In this document: positions 37,477-47,313 of the stretch, piece after piece
Layout of the letters: every line of letters begins with the position of its first letter
Numbering within the stretch: the first letter of the stretch is position 1
Notes under the pieces: generated by a model
Seen by the model: the letters and a program-made list of their open reading frames with translations, nothing else
Database searches by the model: none
Told to the model about the DNA's origin: nothing
Position numbers and translations under genes: made by a program
DNA from: Candidatus Lustribacter sp.
GTDB taxonomy: Bacteria > Vulcanimicrobiota > Vulcanimicrobiia > Vulcanimicrobiales > Vulcanimicrobiaceae
Length of the DNA stretch: 64,000 nucleotides
NCBI GenBank assembly: GCA_965277805.1
Contig: OZ255842.1
Span: 2,272,001-2,336,000, forward strand
Direction: 5' to 3'

Positions 37477-38459
37477 TGCGCCGGCTCCCGTCGCCGCAAC
37501 CACGCCGGCAGCATCTCGCTCAGCGGTGCGGTTTCGCCCGTCCGTCCGAAAAAGCCCGACGGCCAGAGCACGATCAGCGCGAGCAGTACCACGAAGAAGA
37601 CCAGGCTCTGATACTTCTCGAGCCCAGCGAGGACTTGCGGCGCGAACGTGAGCAGGGCCGCGCCGACGATCGGGCCGGCGTACGAACCGCGGCCGCCGAT
37701 GAAGAGCATCAATAGCACGTTCAAGACCACGCTGACGTCGTACAGATCCGGACCGGCAAACGAGGTGAACTCGACATAGAGCGAGCCGGCGACCGACGCA
37801 ATGACGGCGGCGATCGCGAACGCCGTGAGCTTCGCCCGCGTGATGTTGATGCCGAGCGAGATCGCGATCTCTTGGCCCGTCGCCAGCGCGCGCCACGCGC
37901 GGCCCAAGTGCGATCGCGCGAGCAACGCGAAGATGGCGAGCGCGATGCCGCACGCCGCCCAGCTGAGCACGTAAAACGGCAGCGCCCCATTTAAGGCAAA
38001 CGTGCCGATGGCGAGCGGCGGCACGCCCGAGATACCGACGCTGCCGTTGGTGAGCGGCGTCGCGGCGGTCACGAATGAGTTCGTGCCGAGGGCCAGCGCA
38101 AACGTCGCCATCGCAAGGTAGTGTCCGCGCAAACGCAGGAGCGGGGCGCCGATGATGAGCGACGCAGCGAACGCGAGGATCGCCGAGGCCGCCAGCGCGA
38201 GTAGCGGATTGACGCCGAGCTTCGTCGTGAGGACCGCGCTGCCGTAGCCGCCGATCGCCATGAACGCCGTCTGTGCGAAGCTCACCTGACCGGCGAGGCC
38301 GAGCACGATGTTGAGCGAGATCACGACCATCGCATAGAGCGCGGTAATCGTCAGGCTGTAGATGACGAGCCGCCCGCCGATGAAGGGCGCCAAGACGACG
38401 ACGGCAGCGATGAGGATCATCACGACGCGTTCGACCGTGTTGTGCCGCGCGATGTCCAT
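37473..38459 (-). CDS. livM: Branched-chain-amino-acid-type ABC permease
   Basis: GLAGQVSFAQ, LRLRGHYLAMAT, GRAWRA, IGGRGS. Confidence 0.85.
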   Translation of the reverse strand: MDIARHNTVERVVMILIAAVVVLAPFIGGRLVIYSLTITALYAMVVISLNIVLGLAGQVSFAQTAFMAIGGYGSAVLTTKLGVNPLLALAASAILAFAASLIIGAPLLRLRGHYLAMATFALALGTNSFVTAATPLTNGSVGISGVPPLAIGTFALNGALPFYVLSWAACGIALAIFALLARSHLGRAWRALATGQEIAISLGINITRAKLTAFAIAAVIASVAGSLYVEFTSFAGPDLYDVSVVLNVLLMLFIGGRGSYAGPIVGAALLTFAPQVLAGLEKYQSLVFFVVLLALIVLWPSGFFGRTGETAPLSEMLPAWLRRREPAH

Positions 38460-39187
38460 CAGGCCACCGCCTTGCCGAGATAGAGCGCAGCCAATTCGTC
38501 AACCGTCGGCCGCCGCGCCGCTTGGAACACGGCGCGCCCGTTCTGCAGCACGATCGTAGCCTCGCGCTCGGAACTCAGCGGCACCGCCTTCTGCTCAACC
38601 AGCACGATCGCAAGGCCGCGTCCGAGCAGCATGCGCAACGCATCGTACACGTGCGCCACCGCGAGCGGTGCGAGGCCTAACGACGGCTCGTCCAGCAGCA
38701 GGACTTCAGGCTTCGCCAGGAGCGCCCGCGCGATCGCCAGCATCTGCATCTGGCCGCCGCTCAACGTACTGCAATCCTGATGCAAGCGCTCACGCAGCAC
38801 CGGAAATAGGGCGAACGCTTCGTCCAGATCCGCATCACGCGTCCCGCGTTTCTCAACTGCCGCAGAGTGGCGGCCGAGTTCGAGATTGTCGAGCACCGAC
38901 AGGCCCTGCAACACGCCGCGGCCTTCGGGCACGAGCGCGATGCCGGCCCGCACGCGCCGGAACGCCGGCAGCGCGCTGATCGTTCGTCCGCGTAAAGAAA
39001 CCGTTCCGGATTGCAACGGCACGGCGCCGGCCAAGGCGCGCACGAGGGTCGTTTTTCCCGCCCCATTCGGGCCGAGAATCACGGTCAAACTCGCGGGCGC
39101 GACCGCGAGCGAGATCGCATGCAGCGCGTCCACGCGACCGTAACGGACCGATATCTCGCTCGCGCCTAGGAGCGCCGGCTCCGCCAT
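38459..39187 (-). CDS. livF: Branched-chain-amino-acid-type ABC ATPase
   Basis: GPNGAGKTT, VPEGRG, LSGGQMQMLAIARAL, LDEPSLGLAP. Confidence 0.85.
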   Translation of the reverse strand: MAEPALLGASEISVRYGRVDALHAISLAVAPASLTVILGPNGAGKTTLVRALAGAVPLQSGTVSLRGRTISALPAFRRVRAGIALVPEGRGVLQGLSVLDNLELGRHSAAVEKRGTRDADLDEAFALFPVLRERLHQDCSTLSGGQMQMLAIARALLAKPEVLLLDEPSLGLAPLAVAHVYDALRMLLGRGLAIVLVEQKAVPLSSEREATIVLQNGRAVFQAARRPTVDELAALYLGKAVA

Positions 39188-39209
39188 AACCGTCGCCGTG
39201 CTGTCCGCG

Positions 39210-40409
39210 CTAGCTCCCAGTCATCCGAACGTTGGGCTCGCTGAAGACGATCCCGATGCTACCGTCGGCGTTGAACTTCGCGATGCGCGACGGGGTCGCC
39301 GTCGCGGCCTGTCCGGTGTGATCGGCGGGCGTGAATTTGTAGAGCGCATTGCACCCTTGCACGGAGACCTTCTCGAGCGCCGCATGAATGTCGGGGCCTT
39401 TGGCCGACTTGGCCTGCGACACTGCGCGGTCGAGAACGCGCACCGCATCCCAGCCGAACGCGGCGCCGGAAATCGTCGCCATGCTCTTACCGGCCTTCGT
39501 ATAGGCGCCGATGAAGGCGGCACACGCGGCCTTGGTCGCCGGGTTGTCGATGTTCGGATAAAGTTGCACGCCGGTCGCGTAGAAAACCGTGTTAGGGTAC
39601 GCCGTCGCAACGTTCTTGTGAGTCGGCACGTCGTCGTCGCCCTGGACGAGCGGCACGGTCAGTCCGACCGCAGCTGCGGCCTTGCCCTCAACGATGTGCG
39701 GCGCGCCGGTGAGGATGTCGAGCACGGCCTGCGCCCCGCTCGCCTTAACCCCGGACATCTGCGGCGTCATGTCGGTCAGCGACGGCTCGATAGCCTGCGA
39801 GTACACCACTTCCATGCCGAGCGCGTTAGCGCGCGCGGTCATGAATTTGGCCGCGCCTTGTCCGTACGGCGTCTGCGAATAGAGTAGCGCGATTTTCTTC
39901 GCATGCAGCGTCTTGCTTGCGTAATCGACTTGGAGCGCATCGCCGAGCGCGTCACCGTGGGCGTTGATGAGGTTGACTGTAAACGCCCAGACCGGATTCG
40001 GCGGCAGCAGCGAGAACACGATTTGCGGCACCTGCGCGCGTTCGAGGATCGGCTCGATCGCTGTGTTCTGCGCCGAGCTTCCGCCGGTCAACATGACGCT
40101 CACGCCGAACTGGTTGATCAGTTGGTTCGTCACCGTGACGCCGGTCGTCGCGTTCGAGGCATTGTCGAGCACGTGCAGGTTGATCTGGCGCCCGTCGATG
40201 CCGCCTTTGGCATTGAGCTCGTCGACGCCAAGCTTCACCCCATCGACGAATTGGCCATCGTAGCCGGCCAGGTAACCCGTGAGCCCGACCGGCACGCCGA
40301 CCTCGATCGGATCCTTGGCCGCGCCAAACGAGGCAGCGCCCGGCACGGTCAATGCGGCAACTAGGATGACGGCGGCCAGTGAACGGCCCCCGCGCGTCGC
40401 TCTCAACAT
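39210..40409 (-). CDS. ABC substrate-binding protein, LivK-like
   Basis: Signal peptide; GLTGYLA; NAKGGIDGRQI; heads the liv-type operon. Confidence 0.88.
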   Translation of the reverse strand: MLRATRGGRSLAAVILVAALTVPGAASFGAAKDPIEVGVPVGLTGYLAGYDGQFVDGVKLGVDELNAKGGIDGRQINLHVLDNASNATTGVTVTNQLINQFGVSVMLTGGSSAQNTAIEPILERAQVPQIVFSLLPPNPVWAFTVNLINAHGDALGDALQVDYASKTLHAKKIALLYSQTPYGQGAAKFMTARANALGMEVVYSQAIEPSLTDMTPQMSGVKASGAQAVLDILTGAPHIVEGKAAAAVGLTVPLVQGDDDVPTHKNVATAYPNTVFYATGVQLYPNIDNPATKAACAAFIGAYTKAGKSMATISGAAFGWDAVRVLDRAVSQAKSAKGPDIHAALEKVSVQGCNALYKFTPADHTGQAATATPSRIAKFNADGSIGIVFSEPNVRMTGS

Positions 40410-40478
40410 CTTTGCCTCCTACCATTCGAGCCGCACCGGCAAGACGCGGCGCGGGCAGTCGAACGGCCCATATCGCCC

Positions 40479-40511
40479 AGGTTAGCGAACCGTCAATACA
40501 ATGTCAACAAT
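40479..40511 (-). promoter_or_regulatory. Promoter TTGACA-N17-TAACCT with GntR-type box AATGTCAACAAT over the -35
   Basis: -35 at 40502-40507, -10 at 40479-40484; box at 40500-40511; similar box at 41264-41275. Confidence 0.6.
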
Positions 40512-40515
40512 ATCG

Positions 40516-41196
40516 CTAACGAGATGGGTAACCGTGCTCCATGGCCCTCAGCAGCTCGGCCAGAACGTTCGTCACATGGAGGCGCATCGCGCGTTCGGCA
40601 GCCGGTCCGTCACCGGCAGCGATCGCCTCGACGATCGCGATATGCTCGGGCAGCGAGCGCGAGGGCCGGCCCGGGTTGAGAAGGCTGCGAATCTGGTAAC
40701 GCACGGCCTGCACCTGCAGCGCCTCGACCTCGCGCTCCGCCAACGGCTGGTCGGCGATCGCGAAAATTGTCTTATGAAGAACAGAATTCAGCTTCGAATA
40801 AGCGAACAGGTCGCCGGCCGCGAGGACGTCCTCCATCTGCGCGAGGATCTTCTGCAGCTGCGCGATGCCCTCGGGCGTTCGGCGCTGCGCCGCTCGATCG
40901 GCCACGAAACCCTCGATCACCGCACGCAATTCGAGAATCTGAATCGCTTCCGACTGCGTGAATACGCGAACGCGCGCCCCAAAGTTGGGCTGGCGGACGA
41001 TCAGGCCTTCCTGTTCGAGGCGGGCGAAGGCGGTGCGCAAATAGCCGCGGGTGGTGCCATGTCGGGCAATGATCTCGGCTTCGACGAGCCGCTCGTTCGG
41101 AAGGAGCGCGCCCTCCATGATATCGGCTTTGAGCTGCTCGTAAATCCGAACGTCCGGCCGCGGCGCGACACCAGCCGATCCTGCTAACGCTTCCAC
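40516..41196 (-). CDS. GntR family regulator (FCD domain)
   Basis: IYEQLKADIMEG, ERLVEAEI, LEQEGLI, ELRAVIEG, EHIAIVEAI, MRLHV. Confidence 0.92.
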   Translation of the reverse strand: MEALAGSAGVAPRPDVRIYEQLKADIMEGALLPNERLVEAEIIARHGTTRGYLRTAFARLEQEGLIVRQPNFGARVRVFTQSEAIQILELRAVIEGFVADRAAQRRTPEGIAQLQKILAQMEDVLAAGDLFAYSKLNSVLHKTIFAIADQPLAEREVEALQVQAVRYQIRSLLNPGRPSRSLPEHIAIVEAIAAGDGPAAERAMRLHVTNVLAELLRAMEHGYPSR

Positions 41197-41263
41197 GGTG
41201 TACCTATTCTTCCGAGACCGGCACGGTCATGCACAAGGGGAAGGTCGCAGCGGAACGAACACG

Positions 41264-41275
41264 ATGGTTAACAAT
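41264..41275. promoter_or_regulatory. GntR-type box ATGGTTAACAAT upstream of the DHDPS-like operon
   Basis: One mismatch from the palindrome ATTGTTAACAAT; lies in the divergent gntR promoter region. Confidence 0.5.
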
Positions 41276-41314
41276 TTCGTTTACGAGCGTATTTTCCTGC
41301 CCTAAGGGGGAACC

Positions 41315-42334
41315 ATGCAGCCATATGATCGGGAAGGCACCAAGGCCTGGGCCCGTGCCAACATGCGGGGTGTCTGCAATGTGCTGATGCCGTCGTTCTC
41401 GGCCGATCTGAAGAGGCTCAACGAGGAAGGCATCCGCCACGACGTCCGCATGTGTAAGTCGCTCGGCTTCTGGGGCACGCTGGCGGTATCGGAGTGCGGC
41501 ACAACGATCGAGGAGTACGTCCGTTTCGTCGAGATTGCCGTCGACGAAGCCGGCAAGGATTTCCACATCATGTTCCACGCCAGCTTCGATACGCTCGAAG
41601 ATACGATTCGCGCCGGTAAGGCCTGTGCGGCTGCCGGCGCCGACACGATGCTGCTTTCCTATGCGCCCACGTTCTATCCGACGAGCGAAGACGACGTCTA
41701 TGCGTATTCGATAAAAGCAATGGAAGAGATTCCGCTTGCGACAGTCCTCTTTGCCGTGCACTTGTGGGATTTTGCCCGGCTGCACCCGGCGGAAATGTCA
41801 CCGCAACTCGTCTCACGCCTCGCCGATCACCCGCGTGCGGTCGCATTCAAATGCGAAGGCGGCGGCAACACCAACGCGCCGCACGTCGACGCGCTGCGCC
41901 TGTGCGGCGACAGGCTACTCATTTCCGATCCACGCGAAGGCAACGCGCCCGGCCACATCAAGTGGTTCGGCATGCAATGGATGGGAACGAGCATCTTTCA
42001 GTTTTTCGGCGATAACGTACCGAAGTATTTCAACCTGATGCATGAAGAGCGCTGGGATGAGGCCATGGAGATTTTCTGGTGCATCCAGCCGGCTCGCGCC
42101 GCCCGCCTCGCATTTTCTGCTACCTATTTGGGCGGCGCGCATTTCATCCACCGTTTGAGCTGGAAGTACATGGAGTGGCTCGTCGGCTTCAACGGCGGTC
42201 CCCTGCGTCTCCCGACGATGCGCCTAACCGACGCCGCAACCCGCCGTCTCGCCGAGGGCCTGATCCGCAGCAAGATCATCGAGAAAGCCCCGGGCACGCT
42301 CGGCGACTTCTACGTCGGTCGCAACCCAACCTAA
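41315..42334 (+). CDS. Dihydrodipicolinate synthase/class I aldolase family protein (hydratase-aldolase-like)
   Basis: LNEEGIRHDV, AAGADTMLLSYAP, AVAFKCEG (candidate Schiff-base Lys), GFNGGPLRLP. Confidence 0.75.
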   Translation: MQPYDREGTKAWARANMRGVCNVLMPSFSADLKRLNEEGIRHDVRMCKSLGFWGTLAVSECGTTIEEYVRFVEIAVDEAGKDFHIMFHASFDTLEDTIRAGKACAAAGADTMLLSYAPTFYPTSEDDVYAYSIKAMEEIPLATVLFAVHLWDFARLHPAEMSPQLVSRLADHPRAVAFKCEGGGNTNAPHVDALRLCGDRLLISDPREGNAPGHIKWFGMQWMGTSIFQFFGDNVPKYFNLMHEERWDEAMEIFWCIQPARAARLAFSATYLGGAHFIHRLSWKYMEWLVGFNGGPLRLPTMRLTDAATRRLAEGLIRSKIIEKAPGTLGDFYVGRNPT

Positions 42335-42363
42335 ATGTCATCTCCTATCCCGAGGGTCCAATC

Positions 42364-43395
42364 ATGCTTCTGATCGATGACGCTGCCATCGAGAAAACGA
42401 TGGCGTCGGTCAACGTCCTCGACGATCTCGAACGCATGCTGACGCGTTCCGACGCCGGCGCACTCGAGCTCCCCGCCCGTCTCACGATCAACGACAAACA
42501 AGGCGGCTTCCTGCGCCTGATGCCGGCCATCAACTACGACATCGGTTATGCCGGGTTCAAAGCGATGAACATGCACCCGCAGTTCGGCGTGCGCTACATG
42601 ATCGCGATGATCCGGCTCGACACGGGGGAACTCGAAGCGCTGCTCGATGCCGACTGGATCACCGCATGCCGCACCTCGGCAACGGCGGCGATCGCCGTTC
42701 GTCACCTCAAACCACCGGTCGAAGACACCGTCGCCGTCATCGGCTCGGGAACGCAGGCGCGCGCCCTGCTCGATGCGGCGTCGCTCGTGCTCAAACCGAA
42801 ACGCGTGCTCGTCTTCTCGCCGACGGCTGAAAATCGCGAGCGCTTCGCCGCCGAGGCCGCCAAGGAACTCGGCCTGACCGTCACCGCCGTGGCGACCGCC
42901 GATGAGGCCATTCGCCCGGCCGACATCGTGCTGAGCGCATTTCGCGCAAAATCCACTCCCGTAATCCAGCTTGACGCCGTGCGCCCCGGCGCACTGGTCT
43001 GCGGCATAAGCTCGGTGCGCCCACAGCACCGCGAAGTCGACGTCGAGCTGTGGCAAAACAGCCGCGTGGTCGTGGATGATCTGGCGCACGTCCGCGAGTC
43101 CGGCGACGGCAAAGCCGCAACCGAACGCGGTCTCACGGCGGAGACCGACGTCGCCGAGCTGTGGCAAATCCTCGGCAATCCGGCACTGGGCCGCCGTTCT
43201 CCCGACGAACGCGTGCTCTTCAAATCAGTCGGTACCGCCGAGCAAGACATCGCGCTTGCCGCGCTCGTCCTCAAGCGCGCGAAAGCGCTCGGCTTGGGCC
43301 AAGACGTTGGGGGGTTCCCGGCTTTGCGTCCGATCCAATCGGAAGCCGATCGTGCCGCCATCGCAGCACAGACCGCAGGAGCACAACAGAAATGA
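42364..43395 (+). CDS. Ornithine cyclodeaminase/mu-crystallin family protein
   Basis: LRLMPA, ITACRTSA, VIGSGTQA, LFKSVGTAEQD; ATG at 42364. Confidence 0.88.
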   Translation: MLLIDDAAIEKTMASVNVLDDLERMLTRSDAGALELPARLTINDKQGGFLRLMPAINYDIGYAGFKAMNMHPQFGVRYMIAMIRLDTGELEALLDADWITACRTSATAAIAVRHLKPPVEDTVAVIGSGTQARALLDAASLVLKPKRVLVFSPTAENRERFAAEAAKELGLTVTAVATADEAIRPADIVLSAFRAKSTPVIQLDAVRPGALVCGISSVRPQHREVDVELWQNSRVVVDDLAHVRESGDGKAATERGLTAETDVAELWQILGNPALGRRSPDERVLFKSVGTAEQDIALAALVLKRAKALGLGQDVGGFPALRPIQSEADRAAIAAQTAGAQQK

Positions 43396-44318
43396 AACGA
43401 CAGACATTTGTCTCGGCCTCGCTCGGAGCGCTCTTCGCCGCCTCGAGCCGCATTGCAGCGGCGGACGACGCTACGGCCATTCGGATCGCCTGCACGCCGG
43501 CCACGGCAACGTCGGAGGCCTACATCACCGATCAGCTCGGCTATTTTAAAAAAGCCGGTCTCAACGTGACGGTAACGCAGATCGCTCAAAATCCGTTAAT
43601 TCTCGATGCCGTCGTAACCGGATCGCAAGATATCGGGGTCGCGACGCCGCTAACCGTCGGGAACGCGATTCTGCACGGCCTTCCGTTGCGAGCGATCGGC
43701 ACCGGCATGCTGTATACAGAGAGCCAAACTGCGCTCTGCGTCGCGAAGGATTCACCGATCACGAATGCCCAGGGCCTGCAAGGCGCCGTTGTCGGCGTCG
43801 CCGTGATGAACGAAATCCAGTCGCTCGGGGTTCTGTCCTATCTCGACAAGTATCACGTCGATAAACAGTCCGTGCATTTCATCGAAGCCCCGATGCAGTC
43901 GATGGCCGGTGCGCTCAAGCGCGGTGCGATTCAAGCCGCCGTGATCGGCGAGCCCTTTATAACGGCGTCGCGCGATGACATACGGATTATTCCCCGTGCC
44001 TTCGATGCGCTCGGAAATGAATTCGGATTCCACGTCTGGTACACGCGGTCCGATTTCGCCAAGAAGAACTCGGCCGCGCTCACGACGATGATGCAGCAAG
44101 TGTACGCCGCTGCAAAGCTTTGCAACACGAAACCGGCGGCGGTGGAGAGCCTGATGGGGGCGTGGTCTAAGCTGACTCCGGAAGTCGAGCACCGTGTTGC
44201 CCAACCGGTCTTCGCCACCGAGATGACAGAGCAGCAGTTCAAAAAAATCCTGGAGCTGGCTACCGGCTACAAGCTTTTCCCCCGTCCACTGACCTACCGC
44301 GAACTCACCACCAACTAG
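43392..44318 (+). CDS. ABC substrate-binding protein, NitT/TauT family
   Basis: MKRQTFV signal; GYFKKAGLNV; GAIQAAVIGEPF; ATGA overlap. Confidence 0.85.
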   Translation: MKRQTFVSASLGALFAASSRIAAADDATAIRIACTPATATSEAYITDQLGYFKKAGLNVTVTQIAQNPLILDAVVTGSQDIGVATPLTVGNAILHGLPLRAIGTGMLYTESQTALCVAKDSPITNAQGLQGAVVGVAVMNEIQSLGVLSYLDKYHVDKQSVHFIEAPMQSMAGALKRGAIQAAVIGEPFITASRDDIRIIPRAFDALGNEFGFHVWYTRSDFAKKNSAALTTMMQQVYAAAKLCNTKPAAVESLMGAWSKLTPEVEHRVAQPVFATEMTEQQFKKILELATGYKLFPRPLTYRELTTN

Positions 44319-44329
44319 CGGGGAAGCGC

Positions 44330-45340
44330 ATGTACCACCACTTCCTCTGGGAAGATATCGGCAACGGCATCTGGTTCGGAAAGGCGCATCCCCACTCGTT
44401 TCAGAGCGGAAATACGGTAATCATCGCTCTTCCGACCGGCGGTTCGCTCGTCGTCGACCCGCAAGTCGCGTCGTTCGTCGGCCGCGAAATCGTCGCGAAG
44501 GCGAATGCGGTCGGTGCCGGCCCGGTCAAGTACGTCGTCGATACGCATCTGCACCAAGACCACTGCGGCGGCAATGCGGCGTTCAAGCAGGCCTACCCCG
44601 GCGTCAAGATCATTGCTCATGCGAACACGTGCGCGACGATACCGCTCAAAACGATCCCACGTATGAAATCGCGTCTCGCGGGCCAAAGGGCGCAACTCGA
44701 AGGCCTCCGGCAGTGCCGCGCCGGCATGTCTGCCGGCGACCCGGAAACCGCTGCCCTCGATCTCAAGATCGAAGGCTTCCGACGTTACCTCGAAGAGGCA
44801 GAGCACTTCGACTGGGTGTTGCCGGATACCAAGCTCGACCTCGAGCCGGGCGGAACGTACGTCATAAATGATGGCGACCGCCGCATCGAAATCGGCTACT
44901 TCGGCCGCGCCCACACCGACGGCGCTCTCGTCGTCTTCCTTCCGAACGACAAAGTCATCGCCAGCGGCGATATCTGGCTCGAGAACACCGGCTTCATGAT
45001 GCTCGATGCGGGCCTCGACGGCCGTGACGGTTCCGTGATCGAGACTCCGGTCACGCAAAACGCGATCCGCAAGCTGAACTTCGATACGACTCTCCCGGGG
45101 CACGACGATATCCTTCGAGGCAAAACAGCCCTCGACGCAGCGATCGCCAGCAGCACGCAATTCGTCGACCAAATCAAAACCCGATACGCCGGCGGCGAAG
45201 AAATCGAAACCATCCTTACCAACATGCCGCCGCCGCCCGACACCAACACGTTCTTTCAGGCCTGGTGGCGCCGCACCGTTATCCGCGGCTTCGAAGAACT
45301 AGAACTCCGCCGTCAACTCGGTCTGTCGTTGCCATCCTGA
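44330..45340 (+). CDS. Metallo-beta-lactamase fold hydrolase
   Basis: VVDTHLHQDHCGGN, AHTDGA, ASGD, LPGH. Confidence 0.85.
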   Translation: MYHHFLWEDIGNGIWFGKAHPHSFQSGNTVIIALPTGGSLVVDPQVASFVGREIVAKANAVGAGPVKYVVDTHLHQDHCGGNAAFKQAYPGVKIIAHANTCATIPLKTIPRMKSRLAGQRAQLEGLRQCRAGMSAGDPETAALDLKIEGFRRYLEEAEHFDWVLPDTKLDLEPGGTYVINDGDRRIEIGYFGRAHTDGALVVFLPNDKVIASGDIWLENTGFMMLDAGLDGRDGSVIETPVTQNAIRKLNFDTTLPGHDDILRGKTALDAAIASSTQFVDQIKTRYAGGEEIETILTNMPPPPDTNTFFQAWWRRTVIRGFEELELRRQLGLSLPS

Positions 45341-45381
45341 AACTCGTCGAGGTGGCGAGCCCGGCGGCGAAATCACAGCGG

Positions 45382-46404
45382 CTAGACCGGACCTTTCGCC
45401 GCCAGGATCGCTGCATCGCGCGCGATCGACATGTCGGCCACTTTATCCAGCGGCAGCACCGCCTTCTGCACCCCGAGCGCGACGTTGAGCTGCTGCATGT
45501 AGTTGATGCGCTCGGGCGAGAGGACGATCGCGGTATTGAACGCTTTGTTCTCTTGGATCCAGTCCCACAGGTCGGTCGCGAGTTCTTCCGTGTCGGGCCC
45601 TACGCCGTCCTTATACGCATCGATCCACGCTTGTTTCGATGACGGGCCGTCGACGTATTTGTACGCGCGCCCGTAGGCGGCTAACGTTTTCACCAGCAAA
45701 TCCCGCTTGCCGGTGATCGCTGAGATCGGCGAAAATGCGCCCTGATTGGTGAATTGCGGAATCACCTTGGCGAAGTCGCAGAGCACGCGAACGCCGAGCT
45801 TCACGGCCGTGCGCGAGAACTCGTGCTGTGCCGCACCCGCATCGACTTTCTTGGCCGCTACCGCTTTGAAGATGTCGGAACTGCTGCCGATGTTGACGAA
45901 GTTAACCTTATTGAGGTCGACGCCATATTTGCGCAGCACCGCGGCCGTCGAGGTGTTCAAGAGCGCGCCGAGAGCCCCGGTGCCGATCGACTTGCCTTCC
46001 AAGTCTTTCACCGTTTTGATCGCCGGGTTACCCGTGTACATCGCGAAGCTGACCGGCAGGATCGCGCTACCCACGAGCTTGATCTGCGCACCGTTTTCGA
46101 TTGCGGTGAAGACTTGACTGAAGCCCGTGAGGATCGCGATGTCGGACATGCCGTTCACGACCGAAGCCATGAGTTTGACGCCGTCGGAGACGTTTTGCGT
46201 ATCTTCGCTGATGCCCAGGGCCTGAAAATACTTGCGGTTTTTGATCAGGGCTTGCAACGCGAACGAATCGTTCGAGCCCGTGTTGATGATGTTGACCGTT
46301 TCGCCGGCCGCCCGGACGACGGCCGGCGCAGCTGCAAATGCAGCGGCGGCAGCAAGTCCGGTCAAGAATCCCGGGCGCGTCGATGTGGTGTCTACGTCAG
46401 GCAT
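45382..46404 (-). CDS. ABC substrate-binding protein, NitT/TauT family
   Basis: Tat-like leader TRPGFLTG; KDLEGKSIG; divergent from an ATPase/permease pair. Confidence 0.85.
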   Translation of the reverse strand: MPDVDTTSTRPGFLTGLAAAAAFAAAPAVVRAAGETVNIINTGSNDSFALQALIKNRKYFQALGISEDTQNVSDGVKLMASVVNGMSDIAILTGFSQVFTAIENGAQIKLVGSAILPVSFAMYTGNPAIKTVKDLEGKSIGTGALGALLNTSTAAVLRKYGVDLNKVNFVNIGSSSDIFKAVAAKKVDAGAAQHEFSRTAVKLGVRVLCDFAKVIPQFTNQGAFSPISAITGKRDLLVKTLAAYGRAYKYVDGPSSKQAWIDAYKDGVGPDTEELATDLWDWIQENKAFNTAIVLSPERINYMQQLNVALGVQKAVLPLDKVADMSIARDAAILAAKGPV

Positions 46405-46494
46405 TTGAACGTTTCCAATCGCTGCGTTCGCAACATTTATAGGTGGGCTTCCAAAGGAATACGTCGGCGGAAAGGGCGACTGATTCCTGTTGTG

Positions 46495-47313
46495 ATGATC
46501 GATCCCGCTCGCTCGAACACCGCGAAGCTCTCGGTTCGCTCGGTCTCGAAGACGTTTCGGGTCGCAGGCGAAGACAAGTCGTTCCGGCTGTTGCCGGTGC
46601 TGCGCAATATCAGTTTCGACGTATTCGAAACCGAGATCGTCTCACTCATCGGTGAGAGTGGCAGCGGCAAGACGACGATGTTGCGCATCGTCCAAGGCTT
46701 GATCAAAGCGGATTCCGGCGAAATTGCCGTTAGCGGTAAGCCCATTCGGGGGCCGGGCTACGACCGCGGGATCGTGTTTCAGCAAGCGAACCTGCTGCCG
46801 TGGCTCAACGCCCAGAGCAACGTGGAGTTCGGGCTCGAGTTGAAAGGCATCCCCAAAGTCGAGCGCTCCGAGCGAGCGCGCGCGTTGTTGCAGCTCGTCG
46901 GCCTCACCGAATTTGCCCGTCAGTACCCGCATCAGCTCTCAGGCGGGATGCAGCAGCGCATCGGCGTTGCCCGCGCTCTTGCGATCGACCCGGAAATTCT
47001 GCTCATGGACGAGCCGTTCAGCGCGCTCGATGCGCAAACGCGCGAATCACTTCAACACGAGCTGCTCAGCATCCACGTCAAAACGCGAAAGACGATTCTC
47101 TTCGTCACCCACGATCTAGATGAAGCGGTGTACCTCAGCGACCGCGTGATCGTCATGGGCTCCCGGCCGGGTCACGTCAAGGACGTCATCGACGTACCGT
47201 TTGCGCGTCCGCGTCCGAGTCTCACGGAGATGCGCGGTAACCCCACCTTTCTTGAGCTGCGCGATCACATCTGGCAGCGGATTCGCCCGCCGGAAACAGT
47301 CGGCGTCCAATGA
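46495..47313 (+). CDS. ABC ATPase, NitT/TauT family
   Basis: [41 protein letters not shown]. Confidence 0.92.
   Translation: MIDPARSNTAKLSVRSVSKTFRVAGEDKSFRLLPVLRNISFDVFETEIVSLIGESGSGKTTMLRIVQGLIKADSGEIAVSGKPIRGPGYDRGIVFQQANLLPWLNAQSNVEFGLELKGIPKVERSERARALLQLVGLTEFARQYPHQLSGGMQQRIGVARALAIDPEILLMDEPFSALDAQTRESLQHELLSIHVKTRKTILFVTHDLDEAVYLSDRVIVMGSRPGHVKDVIDVPFARPRPSLTEMRGNPTFLELRDHIWQRIRPPETVGVQ

Noticed and set aside
36679-38502. 607-aa ORF looking like a permease-ATPase fusion
   Set aside because: The N-terminal part is off-frame to livM; the ATPase starts near 37476
45754-46494. N-terminal extension of the ABC ATPase
   Set aside because: Antisense to the SBP gene; the real start is near 46492-46495
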